Shown here one piece after another: positions 49,111 through 59,246 of a stretch of DNA of 64,000 bases. The stretch is from the NCBI GenBank assembly GCA_963836205.1, contig CAWIIV010000019.1, forward strand, positions 1 to 64,000, in the 5' to 3' direction. Below the pieces are notes generated by a model, which had not been told where the DNA came from, did no database searches, and saw nothing but the letters and a program-made list of their open reading frames with translations. Position numbers and translations under genes: made by a program. This DNA comes from an uncultured Acidimicrobiia bacterium. Lineage in GTDB: Bacteria > Actinomycetota > Acidimicrobiia > Acidimicrobiales > AC-14. Each line of letters begins with the position of its first letter. The first letter of the stretch is position 1.

Positions 49111-50094
49111 TCAGTGGATGTGCTTGGACGCCTCCACCGAGAGGTCGTGGGCGACCATCATCTCCACCAGCTCGGGGAAGGCGACCTTGGGCTTCCAGCC
49201 CAGCCGGTCGCGGGCCTTGGACGCGTCGCCGGTGAGGATGTCGACCTCGGCCGGGCGCATGAACCGCGCGTCCTGTTCCACCAGCGGGGTCCAGTCGTCG
49301 ATGCCGACGGCGGCGAAGGCGGCGTCGAGCAGGTCACGGATGGTGTGGGTCTCGCCGGTGGCGATGACGTAGTCGTCGGCCTCGTCCTGCTGGAGCATCA
49401 TCCACATGGCCTCGCAGAAGTCGCCCGCGAAGCCCCAGTCGCGGGCCGCGTCGAGGTTGCCGAGGGCGAGCTTGTCCTGCAGGCCCAGCTTGATGCGGGC
49501 CACGCCGTTGGTGACCTTGCGGGTGACGAACTCAAGGCCGCGGCGGGGGCTTTCGTGGTTGAAGCAGATGCCCGAGCAGGCGTAGAGGCCGTGCGCCTCC
49601 CGGTAGTTCACGGTGATGAAGTGGCCGAACACCTTGGCCACGCCGTAGGGCGAGCGGGGGTGGAACGGGGTGGCCTCTGTCTGGGGGGTCTCCCGCACCT
49701 TGCCGAACATCTCCGACGACGACGCCTGGTAGAAGCGCACCGGATTGCCGGCCCCGCCCACCACCCGGATCGCCTCCAGCATCCGCAGCACGCCCAGGCC
49801 GGTGATGTCGGCGGTGAGCTCGGGCTGGCGGAACGACAGGGCCACGAAGCTGATGGCGCCCAGGTTGTAGACCTCGTCCGGCTGGACGTGCTCGACCGCC
49901 GCGATCAACGACGACAGGTCCTGGAGGTCGCCATCGACCAGTTCCAGCTCCGGGGTCTCCTCCTGCACCATCTGGGCCTTGGGGTTGTTCTGGCCCCGGA
50001 CCAGCCCGAAGACGTCGTAGCCCTTGGCCACCAGCAGCTGGGCCATGTAGCGGCCGTCCTGGCCGGTGATTCCTGTGACGAGAGCGCGAGGCAC
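49111..50094 (-). CDS. gmd: GDP-mannose 4,6-dehydratase
   Basis: [42 protein letters not shown]. Confidence 0.93.
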   Translation of the reverse strand: MPRALVTGITGQDGRYMAQLLVAKGYDVFGLVRGQNNPKAQMVQEETPELELVDGDLQDLSSLIAAVEHVQPDEVYNLGAISFVALSFRQPELTADITGLGVLRMLEAIRVVGGAGNPVRFYQASSSEMFGKVRETPQTEATPFHPRSPYGVAKVFGHFITVNYREAHGLYACSGICFNHESPRRGLEFVTRKVTNGVARIKLGLQDKLALGNLDAARDWGFAGDFCEAMWMMLQQDEADDYVIATGETHTIRDLLDAAFAAVGIDDWTPLVEQDARFMRPAEVDILTGDASKARDRLGWKPKVAFPELVEMMVAHDLSVEASKHIH

Positions 50095-50164
50095 GCCCTG
50101 CAAGGTAGTGCGCCCGGGTGAGTGAGTCGGGAAGGGGGGACCGATCTCGTACCCTGGTGCGACG

Positions 50165-52413
50165 ATGGCCGAAGGGAGCGAGGTGGGCGGTCCGACGGAC
50201 GCGGGACAGTTCGCGCCCCGGCACCTGCCCCCGACCCCACCCCCGCCCCCGCCGAATCGGGCGCCCGCCGACGGCGACTCCGACGGCACCGCGGTCATGC
50301 CGGTGACGAAGGCCCGCGTGATCGCCCGACCTCCCCGCCAGGCCCGGGCCCCCCGCCCGCCGCGCCTGGCCCGGACCCCCTCGCCGCCCGGGTCTGAGGG
50401 GGGCGGGGCCGGCGGCTCCGGCGGCGGGTCGGAAGGCGACGGGTCTGCCCGGTCCGGCCGGTCCGGCCGGCCCGGCGGCGGGCCTGAAGGCGGCGGGTCT
50501 GCCCGGTCCGGCGGCCTGCGGCGGTCCGGCGGGTCCGGCGGGTCTGCCCGGTCCGGCCGGCCCGGCGGCGGGTCTGAAGGCGGCGGGTCTGCCCGGTCCG
50601 GCGGCCTGCGGCGGTCCGGCGGGTCCGGCGGGTCTGCCCGGTCCGGCGGCCTGCGGCGGCGGGCGCTGGTGGGTCTGGGCCTCTTCGGGGTCCTGGTGGG
50701 CGTCGTACTGGTGCTGTGGCTGCTCGACGGCCAGTCCCACAAGGGGGTCGTGGCCCGCAACGTCGTCCTCGTCGATCGCAACATCGGGGGGATGAACCGG
50801 GCCGAGGTGGAGGCCGCCATCACCGACCTGGCCGACCGCTACCGGGCGGCCGACGTCGAGGTCAAGGCGCCCGACGGAGGCTTCCGGGCCACCGCCCCCG
50901 AGCTGGGCATGTCGGTCGACGCCGACCGCACCGCCGACGCCGCCCTCGAGGTCGGCCACCGGGGCTTCCCCCTGGCCCGGATGTGGAACTGGGCGACCGG
51001 CTTCGTGGTCTCCCGGAAGTCGCCCGTCACCCTCGTGGTCGACGAGGGCGCGGTGCGCAGGCTGGTGGCCGAGCGCGACCCCCTCCGGGAGCCGCCGGTG
51101 GAGCCGAACATCACGCTCAAGGACGGCCGCATCGTCGCCGTCGAGGGCAAGCCCGGACGGGGCATCGACCCCGCCACCGTGCTGCGGGCCCTGCGGTCGG
51201 ACGCCGGGCAGCAGTTCCCGCTCCAGGTGTCGGTGCCCCGGCGGTCGGTCCCCCCCAGTACGGCATCGCCGACGCCGAGCGGCTGGCGGCGGAGGCGGAG
51301 GCGCTGGCCATCGGCGAGCTGCCGGTGTCGATCGAGGGTTCCACCGCCACCGTCCCCGCGGCCACCGTCCGCACCTGGCTGCGGGGTATCCCTTCCGACC
51401 AGGGCCTCCGCCTGGGCGTCGACGCCAACGGGGCGGCCGACGCCCTGGCCGAGCTGTTCCCGGAGGCGGGCAAGCCCGCGGTCGACGCCGGGCTGGCGAT
51501 CGTGGGCGGCGAGGTGGTGGTGACACCGGCCGAGACGGGCACCGCCTGCTGCGCACCGGAGGCGGCCACCGCCATCGAGACGGCCCTCCGCACCCGGCGC
51601 CCGGGCGACCCCGCAGTCGTCCTCCCCCTGAAGACGATCCCCGCCACCCGCGACGAGGAGTCGGTGCGCAAACTGGGCGTCAACGAGGTGGTGGGCAGCT
51701 TCACCACCAACCACGCCGCCGGCGAGCCCCGGGTCACCAACATCCACCGCATCGCCGACCTCGTCGAGGGGGCCATCATCGAGCCGGGGGGCACGTTCTC
51801 CCTCAACGACCACGTCGGCCGGCGCACGATCGAGAAGGGGTTCGTGGAGGCACCGGTGATCGATGCCGAGTACAAGTTCTCCAAGGACGTCGGCGGCGGG
51901 GTGTCGCAGTTCTCCACCACCCTGTTCAACGCCGCCTTCTTCGCCGGCCTCGACATCCCCACCTACGGGATGCACGGGATCTACATCTCCCGCTACCCCT
52001 ACGGTCGGGAGGCCACCCTCGACTACCCCAGCCTCGACCTCAAGGTCCGCAACTCCACCCCCTACGGCGTGCTCATCTGGCCCTCGTACAGCGCCACGTC
52101 GATCACCGTCACCCTCTACTCCACCCACACGGTGGAGGGGGAGCAGACGGCCCAGACCACGGAGGACATCCCCACCACCCAGGTCGTCGAGGTGCCCACC
52201 ACCGTCACGACCACCCCACCCGACCCCGACCCCTCCGCCCCCACCACCGAGGCACCGCCCGTCACCGAGCCGCCCCCGCCGCCCGAGCCCAAGTTGTACC
52301 TGTGCACCCGGGTCGTCACCGAGCGCACCCGCACCTACACCGACGGCCGCACGTCGGTCGACAAGTTCTACGCCCTGTACGCGCCCCAGGAGGGCGTGGT
52401 CTGCCCCCGATGA
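50165..52413 (+). CDS. VanW-family protein (apparent frameshift near 51255)
   Basis: TM helix, PG-binding-like region, [30 protein letters not shown]. Confidence 0.85.
50441..50655 (+). repeat. In-frame 90-bp tandem duplication (GSARSG units)
   Basis: GGGTCTGCCCGGTCCGGC at 50441, 50495, 50541, 50585, 50631. Confidence 0.8.
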
Positions 52414-52793
52414 ACATCGACGCGAGGGCCACCGCCAAGGCGATCGCAGTGGGGCGGATGGCGCTGGGGGCCGGCTACTGCCTGGCGCCGGGCTTGGCCC
52501 TGCGGCTGTGGCCGGGGCAGGGCTCCGACGCCGACCCCTCGGCCCGCTTCCTGGCCCGGTCCACCGGCGTGCGCGACCTGGCCATCGGCATGGGCACCCT
52601 CTTCGCCCTCCGGAACGACGGTCCCGCCCGGGGCTGGATGGAGGCGGGCATGCTGGCCGACGCGGGCGACGCCCTCGCCGTCGTCCTCGGTGCCCGCTCG
52701 CTCCCCCGGCGCCGGGCCGTGCTCGCCTTCGCCGCCGCCGCGGGCACGGTCGTGGTCGGCCGGCGCCTGGTCGGCGCCCTGGGCAAGGGATAG
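52410..52793 (+). CDS. Small membrane protein (DUF4267-like)
   Basis: GVRDLAIG, ADAGD. Confidence 0.65.
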   Translation: MNIDARATAKAIAVGRMALGAGYCLAPGLALRLWPGQGSDADPSARFLARSTGVRDLAIGMGTLFALRNDGPARGWMEAGMLADAGDALAVVLGARSLPRRRAVLAFAAAAGTVVVGRRLVGALGKG

Positions 52794-52804
52794 GACCGCC
52801 GCCC

Positions 52805-54025
52805 ATGGCCGTGGCGCCCGTCGACGTGGTGGTGGTCGGGGGTGGCCCGTCGGGGGCGGCCGCCGCCATCGTCCTGGCCCGGGCCGGGCGCGACGTGGTC
52901 CTGGTCGACAAGGCCACCTTCCCCCGCGACAAGTGTTGCGGCGACGGCCTCACCGCAGCCGCCCTGCGCGAGCTCGAGTGGTTGGGGCTGCGGCCGGAGT
53001 CGGTACCCGACTGGCAGGTGGTCGACCAGGCGTGGGTGCGGGGACCGACGGGGCGTACCGTCCGCTTCCCCCTGCCCGCCGACCGGGGCCAGTACGCGGT
53101 CTGCGCCCCTAGGGCCCAGCTCGACGCGGCCCTCCTCGACGTGGCCCGGGCTGCGGGGGTGAAGGTCCACGACGGCCATGGGGTCACCGGCGCCCGGGAG
53201 GTCGAGGGAAACCTCGAGCTCGACGTCGACGGCCTCGGTCCCCTGGTCGCCCGCTTCGCCATCGGGGCCGACGGGATGTGGTCGCCGCTGCGGAAGGCCC
53301 TCGGCGCGGCCCCGGCCGGGTACCTGGGCGACTGGCACGCCTTCCGCCAGTACTTCTCCGGCGTGGGACCGGAGGCCGACGGGCTGTGGGTGTGGTTCGA
53401 GCCCGACCTCCTGCCCGGCTACGCCTGGTCGTTCCCCCTGCCCGGGGGGCGGGCCAACGTCGGGTTCGGGATCCACCGGGGGGCGGGTATCCCGACCCGT
53501 GACATGAAGCGCATGTGGCCCGAGATCCTGGCTCGCCCCCACATCCGCCAGGTGCTGGGCGAGGGGGCCGTGCCCGAGGGCGTCCACAAGGCGTGGCCCA
53601 TCCCGGCCCGGGTCGACGACACCCCCCTCACCGCCGGCGGGGGGCGGGCCCTCTTCGTGGGCGACGCCGCCTGCGCCACCGACCCCATGACCGGCGAGGG
53701 CATCGCCCAGGCCCTGCTCAGCGGCCGGTGGGCGGCGGAGGCGATCCTGGCCCGCTCTACCGACGAGGAGCCGGCCGCGGTCGGCGCCGCCTACGAGAAG
53801 GCCATGCGCCGGGGCCTGTTCGCCGACCACCGCATGTCGATGCGCCTCAGCCGCACCCTCTCCCACCGCAAGGGCGTCAACGCCGCCCTCCGCCTGGCGG
53901 GCTCGTCCGACTGGTCCCGCCGCCACTTCGGCCGCTGGCTGTTCGAGGACTGTCCCCGGGCCGTGCTCGTCACTCCCCGCCGGTGGGGCCGGGACGTCCT
54001 CTCCAGCCCGGGCGCCTACCGATGA
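52805..54025 (+). CDS. Geranylgeranyl reductase-family FAD oxidoreductase
   Basis: GGGPSG, FPRDKCCGDG, GYAWSFP, DPMTGEGI. Confidence 0.9.
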   Translation: MAVAPVDVVVVGGGPSGAAAAIVLARAGRDVVLVDKATFPRDKCCGDGLTAAALRELEWLGLRPESVPDWQVVDQAWVRGPTGRTVRFPLPADRGQYAVCAPRAQLDAALLDVARAAGVKVHDGHGVTGAREVEGNLELDVDGLGPLVARFAIGADGMWSPLRKALGAAPAGYLGDWHAFRQYFSGVGPEADGLWVWFEPDLLPGYAWSFPLPGGRANVGFGIHRGAGIPTRDMKRMWPEILARPHIRQVLGEGAVPEGVHKAWPIPARVDDTPLTAGGGRALFVGDAACATDPMTGEGIAQALLSGRWAAEAILARSTDEEPAAVGAAYEKAMRRGLFADHRMSMRLSRTLSHRKGVNAALRLAGSSDWSRRHFGRWLFEDCPRAVLVTPRRWGRDVLSSPGAYR

Positions 54026-54651
54026 ACGTCGATGTCGAACGGGTGCGCACCGCGGGCGTCTTCTCCCTCGACGGCCAGGACTTCGAGGTGGAGAACAACA
54101 TCTGGCTGGTCGTCTACGGCGACGACGTGGTGATCGTCGACGCCGCCCACGACGCGTCCGCCATCGCGGCCGCGGTCGGCGGCCGCCGGGTGACGGCCAT
54201 CGTGTGCACCCACGGCCACAACGACCACATCAACGCCGCCGTCGACCTGGCCGATGCGGTGTCCGCCCCCATCGCCCTCCATCCCGACGACCGGATGCTG
54301 TGGGACGTCATCCACCCCGGCCGGGCCCCCGACCTCGACCTGGCCGACGGGGCGACGGTGCCGTTGGGACCGGTGCCGCTCACCGTCCTCCACACGCCGG
54401 GGCACTCCCCCGGCGGCGTCTGCCTGTTCGCCGAGGAGTCGGGCGTGCTCTTCAGCGGCGACACCCTCTTCCGGGGCGGACCGGGCGCCACCGGGCGGTC
54501 GTTCTCCGACTTCGGCACCATCGTCGAGTCGATCCGCCGCCGGCTGCTCGTCCTGCCGCCGACCACCGTCGTCCACACCGGCCACGGCGACGACACCACC
54601 ATCGGCGAGGAGGCCCCCCACCTCGACGAGTGGATCGCGAGGGGGCACTGA
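54022..54651 (+). CDS. MBL-fold metallo-hydrolase
   Basis: THGHNDH, TPGHSPG, SGDTLF, GHG. Confidence 0.92.
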   Translation: MNVDVERVRTAGVFSLDGQDFEVENNIWLVVYGDDVVIVDAAHDASAIAAAVGGRRVTAIVCTHGHNDHINAAVDLADAVSAPIALHPDDRMLWDVIHPGRAPDLDLADGATVPLGPVPLTVLHTPGHSPGGVCLFAEESGVLFSGDTLFRGGPGATGRSFSDFGTIVESIRRRLLVLPPTTVVHTGHGDDTTIGEEAPHLDEWIARGH

Positions 54652-55151
54652 TCGGCCCGCCGGTCCGCGCCGGCCGCCCGTTCATGCCCGGCTACGGCGT
54701 CGTGGGCCCGGGCGAGGGGTCGGGACTGCTGCCGTGGTCGTGGGCCGAGGAGCGGCTGACGACGTCCCGCCAGTACTGGGTGGCCACCACCTGGCCCGAC
54801 GGCCGCCCCCATGTCATGCCGGTGTGGGCGGTGTGGGACGCTGGCTACCTATGGTTCAGCAGCAGTCTGGGCTCACGCAAGGCCCGCAATCTTGACGCCG
54901 ACCCCCGTCTCACGGTGACCACCGACAACGCCCTCGAGCCGGTGGTGGTCGACGGCACGGCCGAACGGGTCGTCGATCTCGACGCCCGCAGCCGGTTCAT
55001 CGGCCTCACCAACGCCAAGTACGGCACCGAGTACTCGGTCGACTTCCTCGACCCTGGCGTCAACGCCACCTACCGGGTGGTACCCGTCCGGGTCATCGGG
55101 CTGGTCGAGGCCGACTTCGCCGGCTCCCCCACCAGGTGGTTGTTCCCATGA
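54648..55151 (+). CDS. Pyridoxamine 5'-phosphate oxidase-like protein
   Basis: MPGYG..LLPWSWA..DGRPHVMPVW..KARNL; start CTG 54648 or ATG 54684. Confidence 0.85.
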   Translation: MIGPPVRAGRPFMPGYGVVGPGEGSGLLPWSWAEERLTTSRQYWVATTWPDGRPHVMPVWAVWDAGYLWFSSSLGSRKARNLDADPRLTVTTDNALEPVVVDGTAERVVDLDARSRFIGLTNAKYGTEYSVDFLDPGVNATYRVVPVRVIGLVEADFAGSPTRWLFP

Positions 55152-55181
55152 CTGGATCTCTCCGATGACTGGGGTTCTCCA

Positions 55182-56372
55182 ATGACGATGCCGATCATCG
55201 ACACCAACCGGTTCCGGCGCGAGATCCAGCTCATCTGCAACGTGGCGTCCGACATCCCCACGCTCTTCGCGTCCCTCCGGGTCACCCTCGACCGCAACAT
55301 CGAGTACGAGGGCTGCTCGTGGTTCACGTTCGACCCCACCACCGGGCTGCCGACGTCGCACACGCCGTTCCGGTCGCTGCCCATCGAGGACTCCACCCGG
55401 TTCCTCGAGCACGAGTCCACCGTCGACGACGTCAGCCGGTTCGTCCACCTCGGGCGCGACCGTCCCAACGTGAGCCTCCTGTCCGACGCCACCGGCGGCA
55501 AGCTCGACACCAGCGCCCGCTACCGCGACTTCCTCCAGCCCAACGGCTTCGAGCACGAGCTGCGGGTGGCCTTCGTGCGGGAGGGGCTGTGCTGGGGCGG
55601 GGTGGCCTTCTACCGCAAGGACGACGCTCCCGACTTCATCAAGCCCGAGCTCAAGGCCCTGGCCGGGGTGGTTGAGTTCCTGGGGGAGGCCATCGAGCGG
55701 GCCCACCTCACTGGCGTGCTCAACCGGGAGGACGACGGCAGCCGGGCGCCGGGCATCATCGTGCTCGGGCCGGCCAACCGGGTCGACCTCATCTCCCCGC
55801 CGGCTGAGGTGTGGCTCACGGGCCTGGGTGTGGAGCTGGGCGACGCCTGGTCGACGGTGCTGCCGGGCGAGGTCTACGCCATCGCCAGCCACGCCCGCCG
55901 CACCGGTGCCGGCCACTTCGACGCCGGCCCCGCGGTGGCCCGGGCCAACACCGCCTCCGGCGACAAGGTCGACCTCCACGCCGCCCTCCTGGAGGGCGAG
56001 CCCCAGGGGCCGGTGGCGGTCATCGTCGAGCCCGTGCGGACGACCGCGGTGGCGGAGCCGATCGTGGCCGCCTACGGGCTGTCGCCCGACGAGGCGGCCG
56101 TCCTCAGCCTGGTCCTGCGCGACCGGCCCACCGACGACAGTGCGCCGGTGCTGGCCAAGATCGGCGCCGCCGACCGCCACGAGGCGGTGGCGAAGGTCTA
56201 CACCGACCACTACGCCTCCCGCCTGGAAGAACGCCAGGGCGTGGGCGCCGACGGCTGGTTCGACGGCATCCCCCACCCCCTCCCGGTGGACGACGACGAG
56301 GAGGCCGACGGCGACGGCGAGGACCCGGCCGAGGGCGGTCAAGGGGCCCGTCGAGGCGGGCCTGCCGGCTGA
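55182..56372 (+). CDS. GAF-like sensor plus degenerate LuxR-type C-terminus
   Basis: FDPTTGL, HELRVAF..CWG, AAYGLSP.E; HTH core shortened. Confidence 0.75.
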   Translation: MTMPIIDTNRFRREIQLICNVASDIPTLFASLRVTLDRNIEYEGCSWFTFDPTTGLPTSHTPFRSLPIEDSTRFLEHESTVDDVSRFVHLGRDRPNVSLLSDATGGKLDTSARYRDFLQPNGFEHELRVAFVREGLCWGGVAFYRKDDAPDFIKPELKALAGVVEFLGEAIERAHLTGVLNREDDGSRAPGIIVLGPANRVDLISPPAEVWLTGLGVELGDAWSTVLPGEVYAIASHARRTGAGHFDAGPAVARANTASGDKVDLHAALLEGEPQGPVAVIVEPVRTTAVAEPIVAAYGLSPDEAAVLSLVLRDRPTDDSAPVLAKIGAADRHEAVAKVYTDHYASRLEERQGVGADGWFDGIPHPLPVDDDEEADGDGEDPAEGGQGARRGGPAG

Positions 56373-56458
56373 CGATGACGATGACGATGACGAGGCCGCG
56401 GACGCGGACCGCGGACGGCGGCGGCGGCGGCGGCGGGGAACCCGCCGAGGGCGGCTCT

Positions 56459-56833
56459 CTAGGGGCCGTCGAGGCGGGACAGGGCGAGGCGCACCGCGGA
56501 GAGGGCCTCCCCGTGGTCGACACCCAGTTGCTGGACGGCCACCGCGAAGGCCCGGGCCCGATCCTGGAGCTGGCGGGGGTCGGCGGCCGGTAGCCGGTGA
56601 CCCCGCACGAACGTGCCGTGGCGGCCCCGGCTCTCGATGACACCGGCCGTCTCCAGCTCCCGGTAGGCCCGGGCCACGGTGCCGTTGGCCAGGCCCAGGT
56701 CGGCCGCCAGCTGGCGGATGGCGGGGAGACGGGTGCCGACCGGGAGCACGCCGGTGACGGCCATCGTGGTCACCTGGTCCCGGATCTGCTCGTACGGCGG
56801 GACGGGCGACGAGGTGTCGACCTCGATGATCAC
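56459..56833 (-). CDS. GntR (YtrA-like) regulator
   Basis: PPYEQIR, LPAIRQLA.DLG, TVARAYREL, RHGTFV. Confidence 0.92.
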   Translation of the reverse strand: MIIEVDTSSPVPPYEQIRDQVTTMAVTGVLPVGTRLPAIRQLAADLGLANGTVARAYRELETAGVIESRGRHGTFVRGHRLPAADPRQLQDRARAFAVAVQQLGVDHGEALSAVRLALSRLDGP

Positions 56834-57705
56834 GCCGGCCGCTCCCGGACGGCGTTCCGGCGCACCCTCCAGCCGCCCGGCTCGACCAGGATGCGCCAGC
56901 CGCCGTAGGCGAACCCGAGGGCACACAGACCGAACATCCACCCTGTCCAGCGCAGGATCTCGACATCGGTGAGGGAAACGGCGAACAGCTCCACCGCCAG
57001 GCTGACCAGCACGATCACGACCGCGGCCGCTACCACCGCCCGGGCGCCGGCCGAACGGACGGCGTCGTCGGTGGCGATCTGGAGGGGTGTGCCCGCCGGC
57101 TGCGGCCGATGCAGGAGCAGGCGGGCGAGGCGGGGGGCGGCGAAGGCGAAGGCCACCGCCCCGACCGGGGGCACGACGGCCACCACCGCCCGGCCCACGG
57201 TCGCGCGGTCGTGCATCGGGAGCAGGAGGAAGGCGACCCCGGCGACGACCGACGCTCCCGCGCCCCACGCCAACCAGAGCCGGGCCACGGGCGGTACGTA
57301 CTCGTCCAGCTCTCGGGGCGACAGGCTGGCGACCCGCCGCACCGTGCCCGGCGGTCGCCCGCCGGCGAGCTCGCCGGCGAGGACACCGGCCAGATACCCC
57401 AAGGCCACCGCCCAGAAGTCGAGGAAACCGATGTTGCCCCCCGGACGCGGGGCCTGGTACACCCGCACCTCCAACTCCGGCACCAGGATGGCGACGCTCA
57501 GGCCCACCAGGGTTCCCGCCGCCCGCCACCGCCCGGCGCGCCGCAGGTGGTCGCCGAGCATCTCCTCGTTCTCGGCCGTCACCTCGAGCCCCTGGGCGGC
57601 GGCCCACGCCCGCACTCGATCGGGCCGGCCCGCGGTCAGGGCTCGGTAGGTGGGGCGGGGAACCAACACCAGGAACCATGCCAGCCCGAACAGGATGGAT
57701 ACCAC
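56830..57705 (-). CDS. Multi-pass membrane protein
   Basis: Several TM segments; coupled to gntR. Confidence 0.75.
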   Translation of the reverse strand: MVSILFGLAWFLVLVPRPTYRALTAGRPDRVRAWAAAQGLEVTAENEEMLGDHLRRAGRWRAAGTLVGLSVAILVPELEVRVYQAPRPGGNIGFLDFWAVALGYLAGVLAGELAGGRPPGTVRRVASLSPRELDEYVPPVARLWLAWGAGASVVAGVAFLLLPMHDRATVGRAVVAVVPPVGAVAFAFAAPRLARLLLHRPQPAGTPLQIATDDAVRSAGARAVVAAAVVIVLVSLAVELFAVSLTDVEILRWTGWMFGLCALGFAYGGWRILVEPGGWRVRRNAVRERPA

Positions 57706-57723
57706 CGCCCCACCTCCAGATCA

Positions 57724-57745
57724 ATGTATCAGTACATTGATACAT
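57724..57745. promoter_or_regulatory. YtrA/GntR operator
   Basis: ATGTATCA-gtacat-TGATACAT palindrome upstream of the membrane-protein/gntR operon. Confidence 0.75.
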
Positions 57746-57761
57746 CGATCGGAGGCGGGCG

Positions 57762-58580
57762 TCAACCGTCCTGGCGGGAGGTGGTCTGGCGGGAGGTGGT
57801 ACGGAAACCGACGACGAGGGCGATGTTGGCCGCGAACAGCCACAGGCCGAGGAGCACCACCGCGGCCAGGGCCGTCGAGGCGTAGCGGCGCTCGAAGTTG
57901 GCACCCAGCCGCAGATAGGCCACGTAGGCGGCGGACAGCACGGAGATGATGGCGGCTGCCACCAGCGCTCCCCGCACCGTCGCCGGCCAGGTCGGGGCGT
58001 TGCGCGGGAACACCTTGTAGATCACGGCCACCGTTGCCACCGTGGCCGCGAACCCGCTGACCAGGGCCAGCACCAGCCCCAGCGCGATCTCCGGCCCCGA
58101 GTCGCCCAGGGCGGTGGCGCCGGCGTAGCTCGCGACCAGGCTGCCGAGCATGAGCACCGGCACCAGGCAGACGAGCACCAGGGCCGTGCCCCGGCTGCGC
58201 AGGCTGTTCACCGCCCGGTCGCCCGCCACCCGGTCGAGGACGCGCACCAGCGCCGACCCGTAGGCGGTGGCCGGCCACAGCGCCGCGACCAGGGCGGTGA
58301 GGCCGAGGGTGGCGCCCAGGTTGGCGACCTGCTCCAGGGCCCGGTCGGCCCCGAGGGAGGGCGGCGCCAGGCGCCCCAGCTCGTCGGCCACCTGGTGGAC
58401 CTGGTTGTCGCTCACCAGCAGGCTGGTGACCCACAGGGCCACCACCACCAGCGGGGCCACCGAGACCAGCCCGTAGAACGCCAGCGCGGCCGAGTAGAGG
58501 AAGACGTCGTCGGCCCGGGCGGCGACGACGGCCCGGTGGGCGCGCCGGACGGCGGCCTGGACCGCTCCCATCCCCTTCAA
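57762..58580 (-). CDS. YihY/BrkB family membrane protein
   Basis: SAALAFYGLVS.APL, IYKVFP, VVLLGLWLF. Confidence 0.85.
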   Translation of the reverse strand: MKGMGAVQAAVRRAHRAVVAARADDVFLYSAALAFYGLVSVAPLVVVALWVTSLLVSDNQVHQVADELGRLAPPSLGADRALEQVANLGATLGLTALVAALWPATAYGSALVRVLDRVAGDRAVNSLRSRGTALVLVCLVPVLMLGSLVASYAGATALGDSGPEIALGLVLALVSGFAATVATVAVIYKVFPRNAPTWPATVRGALVAAAIISVLSAAYVAYLRLGANFERRYASTALAAVVLLGLWLFAANIALVVGFRTTSRQTTSRQDG

Positions 58581-58705
58581 CCGTGCTTGGGGACGACCAG
58601 GAGGTCGAGGACCTCGCCGATGGTCCGCTCCCGGCCGATCGAGCTGCGCCGCGGGAGGTGCTCCTGGATCGTGTACCGGTTGCGACGGCCGTCCCTCATT
58701 CTCAC
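58577..58705 (-). pseudogene. C-terminal remnant of a winged-helix protein
   Basis: RDGRRNRYTI..HLP.R..IG.ERTIGEVLDLL without its N-terminal HTH. Confidence 0.55.
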
Positions 58706-58707
58706 TG

Positions 58708-59175
58708 TCAGTCGAGGAGGCCGGCGGGGGGGTCGATGACGAGGCGGCCGGCGGTGGGACCGCTCACCACGAAGACGAGGGGCACCAGCTTGCCGCCGGG
58801 GAGCACGAGCAGGTCGGACGCGGGATTGGCCTCCACCGACTCCACCGTCCCGTAGGCCCGCCCGTCGACTCCCACCACCTCCGCCCCGATGAGCTCGTGG
58901 ATCCACAGGGTGTCGTCGTCGTCGCCGCCCGCCAGCGGTTCGGCCATCAGCACCGTGCCCCGCAGCGCCTCCGCCCCGTCACGGTCGCCGACGCCGGCGA
59001 AGGCCACGATCCACCGCCCCTGGTGGGGCGTGGCCCACAGGAGGGTGAGGTCGCCCCGGTCGGTGGCGAACACGAACCCGGACGCCAACCGCTCCTCGGG
59101 CCGGTTGGTGATCATCGAGACGATGACCTCGCCCTTCAGCCCGTGAGGCTTGACGATCTGCCCGACCTCCAGCAT
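58708..59175 (-). CDS. rimM: 16S rRNA processing protein
   Basis: VGQIVKPHGLKGEV, AEALRG, ANPASDLL, IDPPAGLL. Confidence 0.93.
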   Translation of the reverse strand: MLEVGQIVKPHGLKGEVIVSMITNRPEERLASGFVFATDRGDLTLLWATPHQGRWIVAFAGVGDRDGAEALRGTVLMAEPLAGGDDDDTLWIHELIGAEVVGVDGRAYGTVESVEANPASDLLVLPGGKLVPLVFVVSGPTAGRLVIDPPAGLLD

Positions 59176-59246
59176 CGAGCGGCCCTAACTGGTGACGGTC
59201 AAGGTCCCCACAGGACCTTCAGCGTCACCGGTTCGAGTAGGTGGGC

